Source: an uncultured Verrucomicrobiae bacterium
GTDB taxonomy: Bacteria > Verrucomicrobiota > Verrucomicrobiia > Chthoniobacterales > Chthoniobacteraceae
Direction: 5' to 3'
Assembly: GCA_963828525.1 (NCBI GenBank)
Contig: CAWHEP010000010.1
Coordinates: forward strand, 1 to 64,000
DNA: 64,000 nt
Within the stretch, counting starts at the first letter, position 1. Each line of letters begins with the position of its first letter. Made by a program: the position numbers and the translations under genes. The notes beneath the pieces were generated by a model. It was not told the origin of the DNA. It searched no databases and saw only the letters and a program-made list of their open reading frames with translations. Shown in pieces: positions 35,767-44,697 of the stretch.

Positions 35767-36879
35767 CTACGCCTTATTGATCTCTCGCAGTGCCCTGCGG
35801 TTCGGTGTCATTCCGGCCCCCGCTTCGACGGGTGCTTGAAAAAATCCGTCCTGGATGAGGGCGGGATACTCCATCCAGTCCCGTAACCAGGGGATATACT
35901 CCAGCAGCGAGCACGCCGGATGCGCGAAGCAGAGGTGTTGATGCGCCTGGCACATATCACCGACGTGCGGGGCTACAGGCAGTGAGTAACATCTCGCGAG
36001 GTCCGCTACCTGCCAGAATTCGGTGACACCCGCCAGCCGCGTCACGTCTGGTTGCACGTAGTGGACGGCGCCGGCGTGGATGAAGTCACGAAATTGGGAG
36101 GCCATATACAGTTGCTCTCCCAACGCGATGGGCGTGGCGATGGCTTCAGCCAGCCTTCGGTGTCCTTCCACATCATCGAATTGCATGGGCTCTTCGATCC
36201 AGACCACATCGAAGTCCACGAGCCGGCCTGCCGTTTGCACAGCCTGCGGCAAGTTCCACCGCCCATTGGCGTCCGTCATGATCCGGATATCCGGCCCCAG
36301 CGCGTTCCTGACAGCCTCCACGCGCCGGAGATCCTGCGTGGGACTTAGTCCTCCAACCTTCAGTTTGACCGCGCGATACCCCTCTTCCTCCACCATGCGC
36401 TTGCAATCCGTGACGACGGTTTCGAGCGTCCAGTTCAGCCAGCCTCCGTCCGTATTATAGGCCTCCACTTTCTTGGCCGCTGAACCGCCGAGGAGCTTCC
36501 ACAACGGCAACTCCGCCTCCTTCGCCTTTAGATCCCAGAGCGCGATATCCACAGCCCCAAGCGCGAGGTGTGTGATGCCCGCGCGTCCCACCCAATGGAT
36601 TTCCGGTCGCTTGTGAAGCTTCTCCCAACAAGCGCGCGTTTCGCGCGGGTCTTCTCCGATCAGAAGCGGCCCGTAACTATTTACGATGCAATCAACGATC
36701 AACCGATCTGTCGCCAAATGCGCGTGGGTTCCTGAGAAACCATACCCGATCAGACCATTATCCGCGTGGACGGCGACCCCCGGCGCGCCCCAGTGGGTGA
36801 TGCTATGGGCACTATCCGCAATGCCACCGCGTGTCACCGGCGCGTGAAGTATGATCGGCTCCAGTTTTGTGATCTTCAT
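35767..36879 (-). CDS. Mandelate racemase subgroup enolase-superfamily enzyme (acid-sugar dehydratase)
   Basis: VDIALWDLKAK, KLK motif, metal ligands in DAN/EEP/GEQ, QPD, APH. Confidence 0.9.
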   Translation of the reverse strand: MKITKLEPIILHAPVTRGGIADSAHSITHWGAPGVAVHADNGLIGYGFSGTHAHLATDRLIVDCIVNSYGPLLIGEDPRETRACWEKLHKRPEIHWVGRAGITHLALGAVDIALWDLKAKEAELPLWKLLGGSAAKKVEAYNTDGGWLNWTLETVVTDCKRMVEEEGYRAVKLKVGGLSPTQDLRRVEAVRNALGPDIRIMTDANGRWNLPQAVQTAGRLVDFDVVWIEEPMQFDDVEGHRRLAEAIATPIALGEQLYMASQFRDFIHAGAVHYVQPDVTRLAGVTEFWQVADLARCYSLPVAPHVGDMCQAHQHLCFAHPACSLLEYIPWLRDWMEYPALIQDGFFQAPVEAGAGMTPNRRALREINKA

Positions 36880-36902
36880 AACGGCTCCCTGCTTCCCGCT
36901 TC

Positions 36903-37919
36903 TTAGCTAAACCCGTCGAAATCAATCATCGCTTTAACAAGCCCCGGTTCGCCATGGAGCCCTGGCAAACGCTCCGCTGTTTCAGCAAAATCAAAGCGAT
37001 GTGTCACGAGGGCTTTCACGTTCACCTGGCCGCGCTTCAACATCCGGATAACCTCCCGGAATGTCTCCGTCAATCCAGCGCGGCTTGCCATCACGGTCAG
37101 CTCGCGGCGGTGAAAATTTGGGTCATCAAAACTCAGGTCCCCGGTAAAAAGACCAAGGAAGACGATTCTTCCGCCATGCTCCGCCAGGTCGAAAGCCGCT
37201 TTCATCGAAGCGGCGCTGCCTGTTGCGTCAATAACGGCGGAAGGCGCCTGCCCAAAGTGGGAGCGCAATTGCTGAGCGAGGTCCGGACCCGCGTGGAAAG
37301 GCGTTCCCAATCGCATGCGCTCACACGCAAATCTTACTCGATCCGGCTGCATGTCCACACACGCGAGATCTGCTCCCGCAGCTTTCGCCGATATGGCCGC
37401 CGCCAATCCTATCGGCCCAAGTCCGATCACGGCGGTGGGTTCGCCAGCCTTCAGCGCCGCGCGTTCCACGCCATGCGCTCCGATGACGAGCGGCTCGACA
37501 AGCGCGATTTCCTCCGGAGTCAGCGACGCGGCTAGATGAAGCTTCTCGGCTGGGACCGCCAGAAGCGGAGTGTGGCCGCCATCTATATGCACGCCAAGCA
37601 CTTGAAGATTCTGACAGCAGTTTGTTTTCCCCGACAGACACGCGGGGCAAGCGCCACAGAAATAATACGGCTCCACCGCGCAAAGATCCCCCGCTTCCAA
37701 GCCGCTGCCCACGGGCGCGGAAACTACTTCAACACAAAGCTCGTGCCCAAGCCGCCGCGGATAGCTGAAAAAAGGCTGCTTGCCGGCGAATGCATGCAGA
37801 TCGGTCCCGCAGACCCCGCAACACCGGACACGCGCCAGCGCCTCGGATGGATCCGCCTCCGGCGACCGAATCTCAGACCACGCCAGAACACCCGGCGCTT
37901 GCAGGAGAAGAGCTTTCAG
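36903..37919 (-). CDS. Zn-dependent sugar-acid dehydrogenase (YjjN/LgoD-like); probable CTG start
   Basis: GVCGTDLHAF.G.QPFFSYPR.LGHE, CGACPAC..GKTNCC, GLGPIG, FHRRELTVMASR. Confidence 0.88.
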   Translation of the reverse strand: MKALLLQAPGVLAWSEIRSPEADPSEALARVRCCGVCGTDLHAFAGKQPFFSYPRRLGHELCVEVVSAPVGSGLEAGDLCAVEPYYFCGACPACLSGKTNCCQNLQVLGVHIDGGHTPLLAVPAEKLHLAASLTPEEIALVEPLVIGAHGVERAALKAGEPTAVIGLGPIGLAAAISAKAAGADLACVDMQPDRVRFACERMRLGTPFHAGPDLAQQLRSHFGQAPSAVIDATGSAASMKAAFDLAEHGGRIVFLGLFTGDLSFDDPNFHRRELTVMASRAGLTETFREVIRMLKRGQVNVKALVTHRFDFAETAERLPGLHGEPGLVKAMIDFDGFS

Positions 37920-37923
37920 GTTT

Positions 37924-39615
37924 TTACCGGAAGACTGTGTATAGCGTGACGAAGATGACCACGATAACTGCCGACATGAGGCGGTAATCGGACAGGCCGG
38001 AGCCACATTTAACCCTCAGCGGCTCGCTCCAGCGATCCCACACGAGAGCCCTGGCTTCCTCCTTGAGTTCCTCTGGAAACAAAATACTAGCGACAATCAT
38101 GATGAAAACACAGGCGGCGAATAGCAGGAATGCCATCAACATGAAATCCCCGCGATAGATTTCGCTCCAGTCGAGGTAGAAGGTCACAACGCCCAGCACC
38201 ATGCCCGCGAGCAGAGTGATAAGCGCCCCTTTGCCCGACGCCTTCTTCCAGAAGACACCCAGCAGAAAAACCGCGCTTATGGGAGGCGCGACATAGGAAA
38301 TGACTTTGTTTATACCCTCGAAAATTGTCGTGTAGTGGCCGAACAAAGGCGAAGCGACTATGGCCAGAATGGTTCCGACGACGGTCGTGACTTTGCCGAT
38401 GAACACAAGCTTGTGGTCGCTGGTATCAGGCCGATGGCGTTTGAATATATCGTACGCTACAAGCGTGGCCGTCGAGTTCAGCGCTGCCGAGCAGGTCTGC
38501 ATCGCCGCAGCCAGCATGGCCGCGATTACGAGTCCTTTCAACCCGACCGGCAGCAGGTGAATAATGAGGAAAGAATAGGTATCCGCCGCTGTTTGCGGGG
38601 CCGCGCCCCCAAACGCATTTTGCTGCACCAGCGCCACGCACATGACGCCAGGAAGCACAAAGAAGAACACCGGCCAGATTTTCAGGAACGCGCAGAAGAG
38701 CGGCCCGAGGCGCGCGTGCTTCTCGTCCTTCGCCGCCAGCACGCGTTGAACAATTGTCTGGTCGCAGCACCAGTACCAGACTCCGAGCACAGGGTAGCCA
38801 AGCAGTATCGAATACCAAGGCAGCCCGGACGGGTCTCCGGGGGCGCGCCAAATATGCTGGAAGTTGCCGGTGCCCCAGTTGATCTTGCTCCCGATTACGC
38901 CGGCCAACGGATGGGGATGCGACGCCAGCGCCTGGACCATGGCTGACCATCCTCCCACCTTCCCATAAGCGACGACCGTGATGACGATTGCGCCCGCCAT
39001 CAGCAAGACTGTCTGCGCGCTTTCCGTCCACACAACCGCCAGCAACCCTCCAAGCATCGTGTACATCCCGGTCAACGCGCCCAAAATGACGATGAACAGC
39101 AGCAGAGCGTCCACCCCGTAAAGCTTAGCCCCGGGCGCAAGTCCCAGGATGCCGCGCAACACCCATGCCGCCGTGTAGAGCGCCACACCCATGTGGAGGA
39201 CGATGGCGGAAAACAGCGAAGCAACCGCAAGAACATCACGGCAGGCCGAGTTGAATCTCCGCTCGAGAAAATCGGGCAGCGTCGCTACTTTCGATCTCAG
39301 ATACAGCGGCGCGAAAAAGAGCGAAAGCAGAATGAGCGTGAATCCGGCCATCCACTCGAAGTTGCCGAAAACCATTCCGTATTTGTAAGCAGCCTCAGCG
39401 AGGCTGACGAGATGCACCGTCGAGATGTTTGCCGCGAACATCGCGAGCCCGATTACGGGCCAGGTCAATGTATTTCCGGCAAGAAAGTAGTGTCCTCCCT
39501 CACCTCCCCGCTCCCCCTTGCGCCTTACAAACCCCGCAAAAACCCCGAGTCCAACCACCGCGACCAAGTAGAAGACGATTAAAGCCCAATCGAGTTGGCT
39601 GATAGGTGGATTCAA
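37924..39615 (-). CDS. Sodium:solute symporter (SGLT-like)
   Basis: YFLAG, FAANIST.HLV.LA, YWCCDQTIVQRVLAAKD, LNSTATL..YDI. Confidence 0.93.
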   Translation of the reverse strand: MNPPISQLDWALIVFYLVAVVGLGVFAGFVRRKGERGGEGGHYFLAGNTLTWPVIGLAMFAANISTVHLVSLAEAAYKYGMVFGNFEWMAGFTLILLSLFFAPLYLRSKVATLPDFLERRFNSACRDVLAVASLFSAIVLHMGVALYTAAWVLRGILGLAPGAKLYGVDALLLFIVILGALTGMYTMLGGLLAVVWTESAQTVLLMAGAIVITVVAYGKVGGWSAMVQALASHPHPLAGVIGSKINWGTGNFQHIWRAPGDPSGLPWYSILLGYPVLGVWYWCCDQTIVQRVLAAKDEKHARLGPLFCAFLKIWPVFFFVLPGVMCVALVQQNAFGGAAPQTAADTYSFLIIHLLPVGLKGLVIAAMLAAAMQTCSAALNSTATLVAYDIFKRHRPDTSDHKLVFIGKVTTVVGTILAIVASPLFGHYTTIFEGINKVISYVAPPISAVFLLGVFWKKASGKGALITLLAGMVLGVVTFYLDWSEIYRGDFMLMAFLLFAACVFIMIVASILFPEELKEEARALVWDRWSEPLRVKCGSGLSDYRLMSAVIVVIFVTLYTVFR

Positions 39616-39810
39616 GGGGACGCAGGGGGAGTGCGGAAGACGATCCTGGCGAAGGATACCTTCATGTCGAGCCAAAATAACGTCCTCTGTTCGCTAACCA
39701 AATTGAAGCGACTCCACGAGCTTATGACGCCAATCCAATGATTTCCGTTGGCATGTGAAGCAAGGAGGGCTATGCCAAATTCCGTGTCCCCGCTCCACCT
39801 AGCATCACCG

Positions 39811-40542
39811 ATGGTGAGCCGTTGCGCGCGACTGCTCCTCGCGGCTTGCCTTGTCATTGGATTCCATTCCCCAGCGGCGGTTATCCTCGGGACACCAGTC
39901 ATCACCTTTGACTCCACAAGCGCCATCATTTCCTGGAAGACGGATGTCGCAACAGGCGCCCGGGTCAGCTTCGGCCCCAGCCCGGAACAGCTCAACCAGA
40001 GTCAAAAAGGCTCGGACATCGCTACCTCGCATGTCCTCACACTTTCGGTTTTACAGCCAGGCGCCCACTACTATTTCGCCGTTGGCACAGCCCGCAAGCG
40101 ACTTGCCACCGGAGAGTTCACTCTTCCAGGCGGTTTCGTCGCTGCTCCAAAATCGACGCCGTCGCCTGTGCCTGCAAGGCGTCATCCGTTCCTCGCCAGT
40201 CTTTTCGGTACTCCTCAGGCAGCTCCTCCCGCCCGCGCGACGTGGGGAAACCCCCAGTCTCTTCCAGATCACTTCGCGCGACACGGAGCCGATTTCCACG
40301 CCGCGGACGCGGAGGATTATGCTCGCATGGCCTGGCAATTCGGCCAGCAGTCCAGGCGCGGCGGGTTGCTCGTAAAGGTGGACGAGACCGGCGTCCGCCG
40401 GGTGTTTGACCCCCAAACCGGCGCATTTGCAGCCTATAATGCGGATGGCACTACGAAGACTTTTTTCAAACCGGGCAGCAGGGACTACTTCGCCCGCCAG
40501 CCAGGAAGAAGCATCGACGCCGCCTCAGTCCCAACGCCATGA
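39811..40542 (+). CDS. Predicted exported protein: signal peptide, FN3-like domain, Pro-rich linker, putative BECR-type RNase toxin domain
   Basis: N-terminus RCARLLLAACLVIG. FN3 SAIISWKTD...V.FG...H..TL..LQPG..YYF.V. C-terminus SLPDHFARHGADF..EDYAR.A..F...RVFDP.TGAF..YNADGTTKTFFKP..DYFARQ. Confidence 0.7.
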   Translation: MVSRCARLLLAACLVIGFHSPAAVILGTPVITFDSTSAIISWKTDVATGARVSFGPSPEQLNQSQKGSDIATSHVLTLSVLQPGAHYYFAVGTARKRLATGEFTLPGGFVAAPKSTPSPVPARRHPFLASLFGTPQAAPPARATWGNPQSLPDHFARHGADFHAADAEDYARMAWQFGQQSRRGGLLVKVDETGVRRVFDPQTGAFAAYNADGTTKTFFKPGSRDYFARQPGRSIDAASVPTP

Positions 40543-41414
40543 GCCACGTTTGTCCCGTTTGTCACTGGCCCTATTTGCGCGAGCGCCCTCGCTCCGCGTC
40601 CGGCGGAGCATCGTTCGAAATCTGCCCTTCCTGTGGCTTTCAGTTTGGGGTGAGTGACGACGACGCCGGCCGCGCCCCCTCCGAATGGCGCGCGGACTGG
40701 GTCGCTCGGGGCATGCCGTGGTCGAGCATCGGCACGGCAATGCCTGAGAAATGGGATCCCAGCAGTCAACTCGCCGCCGACTCACACAAGGCTGCCAGGA
40801 ATGCCATGGCGGATGTGATGCGCGCGAATAAGGATTACGCCGCAGACTTCGGCGCCAAGGCCGAGCTGATGGGAGTGCCACTCCGCGGCATCGCCATACT
40901 CACCTGTATGGACGCGAGAATGGATCCCGCGAAATTCTGTGGATTAAAGGAGGGCGATGCCCATGTCATCCGAAACGCGGGAGGGCGCGCCAGCGATGAT
41001 GCCATCCGTTCGCTGGTTGTATCATGCGCGCTTATGGAGACGAGTGACTGGTTCGTCGTCCATCACACAGGTTGCGGCATGCAGTCTTACACTGACGACG
41101 ATATCCGACAGATGCTGCATCTTCAGGCAACTGATTCTTCATGCGAGGGAACAGGATGGGGCGGTGTCCGCAAAAGCGCCGCTACCGCTGCCGATATCGA
41201 ATGGCTCACTTTCAAGAACCTGGAAAAGAGCGTCGTCGAGGATGTTGAGCGTATTCGCAACCATCCGCTTGTTCCCGCGGGAGTGGCCATTTACGGCTTT
41301 ATCTACCACGTTCATCATGGCACTCTCACACCCGTCGCGGACGCGAATAAGATCGGCTCTCCAGCCCGCGCTCCCGAGCTAAAACGACTTTCTATAGACT
41401 ATGGAAACACCTAA
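40539..41414 (+). CDS. Fusion of a CxxC/CxxC (CPCC-like) putative immunity domain and a beta-class (clade D) carbonic anhydrase
   Basis: aa 1-78: CPVCHW..SFEICPSCGFQFG..DD...WR..W...GMPW...P..WDP..QL. aa 90-291: ILTCMDAR, HVIRNAGGR, VVHHTGCGM, IRNHPLVP, IYGFIY. Confidence 0.8.
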   Translation: MSHVCPVCHWPYLRERPRSASGGASFEICPSCGFQFGVSDDDAGRAPSEWRADWVARGMPWSSIGTAMPEKWDPSSQLAADSHKAARNAMADVMRANKDYAADFGAKAELMGVPLRGIAILTCMDARMDPAKFCGLKEGDAHVIRNAGGRASDDAIRSLVVSCALMETSDWFVVHHTGCGMQSYTDDDIRQMLHLQATDSSCEGTGWGGVRKSAATAADIEWLTFKNLEKSVVEDVERIRNHPLVPAGVAIYGFIYHVHHGTLTPVADANKIGSPARAPELKRLSIDYGNT

Positions 41415-41982
41415 AATTCTCGCGTTCGCAGGCAGCAGCCGGACAGCTTCACTGAATAAGATGCTCGTCAAGATCGCCGCCGCCGGAGCTCGTGACGCGG
41501 GAGCGGAAGTCACCTTTGTCGACCTTCGTGATTTCCCTTTGCCCATCTACGACGGGGATCTCGAAGCAGAAAGCGGGTTGCCTGAAAACGCAAAAAAGGT
41601 GAAGCAGCTTCTGATCGCGCGCCATGGATTCCTCATTGCTTCGCCGGAATACAACAGCTCCATATCGGCTCTGCTGAAAAACGCCATCGACTGGGCTTCG
41701 CGTCCTGAGACAAAGGAGGAGCAGCCGCTGCTCTGCTTCCGGGGAAAGACTGTCGCGCTTATGAGCGCTTCGCCCGGCGCTCTAGGTGGTCTGCGCGGGC
41801 TTGTGCATGCGCGGTCGATCTTCGGCAACATCGGAGCGCACGTTCTTCCAGATCAGATCTCGATGCCCAAGGCTCATGAGCTTTTCGACGAAAGCGGCGC
41901 GCTAAAGGACGCCGGGAAACACAAATCCGTACAGGATCTCGGGCGTCAGTTCGTCGCTTTCACAAGGAAGCTGAGCGCCTGA
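41401..41982 (+). CDS. NAD(P)H-dependent FMN reductase
   Basis: ILAFAGSSR..SLN, ASPEYNSS, LKNAIDWASR, SASPGALGGLRG. Confidence 0.93.
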   Translation: METPKILAFAGSSRTASLNKMLVKIAAAGARDAGAEVTFVDLRDFPLPIYDGDLEAESGLPENAKKVKQLLIARHGFLIASPEYNSSISALLKNAIDWASRPETKEEQPLLCFRGKTVALMSASPGALGGLRGLVHARSIFGNIGAHVLPDQISMPKAHELFDESGALKDAGKHKSVQDLGRQFVAFTRKLSA

Positions 41983-44149
41983 CGAGCGGGCTCAACCCTG
42001 CGTTGCCCGCCCGGCCGCGGACTACTGTAAGAGAATAGGCAGGCAGCAGAAATCGCGCGTCCGCGGCATCCGGTTCGATCCAGTGGCGGGGTGGCTCGCT
42101 CCGCGCGGCATACCCATGCGCGCCGTCTGCATGCCACGCGTATTCCTTCGCGGAAAGCTGGCTTATCTCATAAGGCCCCTGGAGCGGAGTCTTCATCCCA
42201 TCCCGCGCCAGCCGGATGGTGACACTGTAGCTTTTCGCAGGGTCTTTGTTGATGAGCATCAGCGACCATTCGTGATCTGGGCGCAGGAGGGGGTATCCGC
42301 TCACGAGCGCATCGCCATCCGCGTCGCTCACGTTGGATTCAGCTTTGAAGGCCCAGTGCAGCCCGCCGGCCGGGACCACCCAATCGGAAGTCAGCATCCG
42401 GGCCGCGTGGTAAGTAGCGATCCGAGAGCGTATGCCACCGGATTTGTTTTGCAGGAACAGCATATTATTGCCCCATGAGTTGCAGCCATACTCATCCTGC
42501 AGATAGTTCGGCTCATAGCCATACATGTATGCTTTTTCGCCGCCCATCATGAGGAAGAGGCCCGCCGTATCGGCATTCGAGAGAGCGCCCGCCATGCTCA
42601 CTTCCGCCTCTCCCGCGAAGGCGGAATAGCCATACTCCGTCACAACGACCGGTGTCTTCCGCGACATCCCGTTTCGTCGCATGAGAGCAAATGCGTTTTT
42701 GAGCATGCCCGGCGCCTTGACGATCTGGGGCGCTGTCGGTTTCCACACATCATCGAAGGGATACCACTCGAAGGAAAGGAACCTGAAGTCATGCGCGCGG
42801 TGTCGCTCTTGCAAACAATCCAAAAATCGCCTGAGCCACCAGCCGCTCCCATACTCCCAGCCGTCGGAGTGTTTGTCATAGTCCAGCGCTACAAAGGAGG
42901 GGCCGCCCAACTCCTCCTTTGGGACGACACCATGGATCGCGTCTGCCCAGCGCATATACAGCGCGGCGTAATCCGCCGGATCAATCTTCTGTCCGTCCGG
43001 TTCTTCGCCCATTTCGATCCGCGGAACATCAAAACCCCTTGACCGAAGGAAAGAAACTTCCGCTGCCGCATTTTCAGGGGTGTCATACACAATAGGGACT
43101 GGAGCGAGAAACGGCAGGCCGCGCGTGAGTCCCGACTTCACCAGCATATCAAAACCGGGCTGCTCCACCTTGTCATCGCGATCCTTCTCCCGGTGCCATG
43201 GGTCGGTGGATGAAACGTAGATCAGGGTTTGCGCTCTGGACGCCTTATGGACGATGGCGTCCTTTAGCTCTCCTGCCTCGTCCGCCACGCCTGCTTCCAA
43301 CTCGCGGATCGCATACCCGAGCTTGTCGCGCTTATCCTCCGATTCCGCGCTCGCCAAGCTTGAACTCTGCGTCATCCAGATCCTCAAGTACTGGGCAGAA
43401 ACAGGCGTCTCCGCAAGCTGCAGCAAGGCTTCGCCGCCCGCGCCGCCTGTAAAGCGCCCATGCTGAAATGTTTGCCAGACGCCGGGAATGTGTTGGCTGT
43501 AAAAAGCCGCTTTTCCGTCCGTCGCAAACTCCACGCTAAACCGCGTCGCGAACGGTGTTCCCCACCGGATGCGCATCCCGTTGATCCGCGTCAGCTTCCC
43601 AAAATCCACCACTACCCATTGCGGGTGCCGGGCATTGTCCTCACCGGTGAAATAAGCGTCCAGATAGGGGTTGCTCTTCCAAAAGCTCGCCGGATCCCCA
43701 TCGTCGAGCCGCGAATATCCGTCATTGTTCGCCTCGTCAAGTGTGTCGCCCCGCCGGGGGAGGTGGTATCCATAGGACAGCAGGATCGGCTCATCCGAGC
43801 GGGCATCGGAAATCCAGTAACCCTGCCGCCGTTTAGGATCGCTCCACGTGCCGCGCGGGTTCCAGTGCCAGGCGTCGACAGCCAACTCGGTTCGCAACCG
43901 ATAGCTCACCGGCTGAAGGCCCGCCGTGAGCATCTCCTTCACATTTGAGCGCGAGAGCATTCTCGCTTCTTCTCCAGCTTGGTGTCCATCGATGCCGGCG
44001 CCAAGCGCGGAAGATGGAAGGAATGAATTTACCGCCGTGTCGGCGTAAATGGTGACAGTCGCAACGGAGGCGCAACGTCCCAAAGAAGCGCATAGGAGGA
44101 AAGAGAGAATACTGTAAACAGCGACGCGCACGGGACGAAGGATCATCAT
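41960..44149 (-). CDS. Secreted discoidin (F5/8C) domain protein with a clan GH-A-like catalytic domain
   Basis: Signal peptide. LDDGDPASFWKS...PQWVVVDFG...IRWG...AQYLRI (discoidin). IEMGEEPDG and VVVTEYGYS are candidate catalytic Glu motifs. Confidence 0.7.
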   Translation of the reverse strand: MMILRPVRVAVYSILSFLLCASLGRCASVATVTIYADTAVNSFLPSSALGAGIDGHQAGEEARMLSRSNVKEMLTAGLQPVSYRLRTELAVDAWHWNPRGTWSDPKRRQGYWISDARSDEPILLSYGYHLPRRGDTLDEANNDGYSRLDDGDPASFWKSNPYLDAYFTGEDNARHPQWVVVDFGKLTRINGMRIRWGTPFATRFSVEFATDGKAAFYSQHIPGVWQTFQHGRFTGGAGGEALLQLAETPVSAQYLRIWMTQSSSLASAESEDKRDKLGYAIRELEAGVADEAGELKDAIVHKASRAQTLIYVSSTDPWHREKDRDDKVEQPGFDMLVKSGLTRGLPFLAPVPIVYDTPENAAAEVSFLRSRGFDVPRIEMGEEPDGQKIDPADYAALYMRWADAIHGVVPKEELGGPSFVALDYDKHSDGWEYGSGWWLRRFLDCLQERHRAHDFRFLSFEWYPFDDVWKPTAPQIVKAPGMLKNAFALMRRNGMSRKTPVVVTEYGYSAFAGEAEVSMAGALSNADTAGLFLMMGGEKAYMYGYEPNYLQDEYGCNSWGNNMLFLQNKSGGIRSRIATYHAARMLTSDWVVPAGGLHWAFKAESNVSDADGDALVSGYPLLRPDHEWSLMLINKDPAKSYSVTIRLARDGMKTPLQGPYEISQLSAKEYAWHADGAHGYAARSEPPRHWIEPDAADARFLLPAYSLTVVRGRAGNAGLSPLVRRSASL

Positions 44150-44274
44150 TTACCAAACTCCAAAGCGCATGTAAATAGGGCGGGATGAATGCCGTTGCCA
44201 GGCGTCTCCGCCCGCGGGGCGACGGGCGAGTGAGGTGATCCCCGCGCCGCATCTCCACCTCGCGGCAGCAGAGC

Positions 44275-44691
44275 TCATCCGGTCGTCAGGCCCAGAGCCA
44301 GCTTCAGTCTTGCGATCACAATTTCCGGCTCGGAAAGGGAGTGTTCCCAGATGCGATGCACCTTCCAGCCCCGAGCTTTCAGCAAGCCGCGAACTTCTCG
44401 GTCACGCGCTTTGTTACGCTGGATTTTCGTCTCCCAATAATCGAGGCGAGACTTGGGCATGCGGCAATGCCATCGGCAGCCGTGCCAAAAACAGCCATCT
44501 ACAAACACAGCCAATCTCTGCTTGGGAAAGACGAAATCGGGCTTCCCCCTCATCGGAACCCCGCGCCTCCAGCCAACGATTCGGGCGGAACGAAACGCGG
44601 CAACGAGCGCCAATTCCGTCGAGCGATTCCCGTGAGATCGCACGGCCGCCATCATCCGCGAGCGGACCGCCGGGCTATAAACGTCGGACAT
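44275..44691 (-). CDS. vsr: Very short patch repair endonuclease
   Basis: MSDVYS...RS.MM..VRS.GN.STE, GKPDFVF, VFVDGCFWHGC, GW.V.RIWEH. Confidence 0.93.
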   Translation of the reverse strand: MSDVYSPAVRSRMMAAVRSHGNRSTELALVAAFRSARIVGWRRGVPMRGKPDFVFPKQRLAVFVDGCFWHGCRWHCRMPKSRLDYWETKIQRNKARDREVRGLLKARGWKVHRIWEHSLSEPEIVIARLKLALGLTTG

Positions 44692-44697
44692 CTACTC

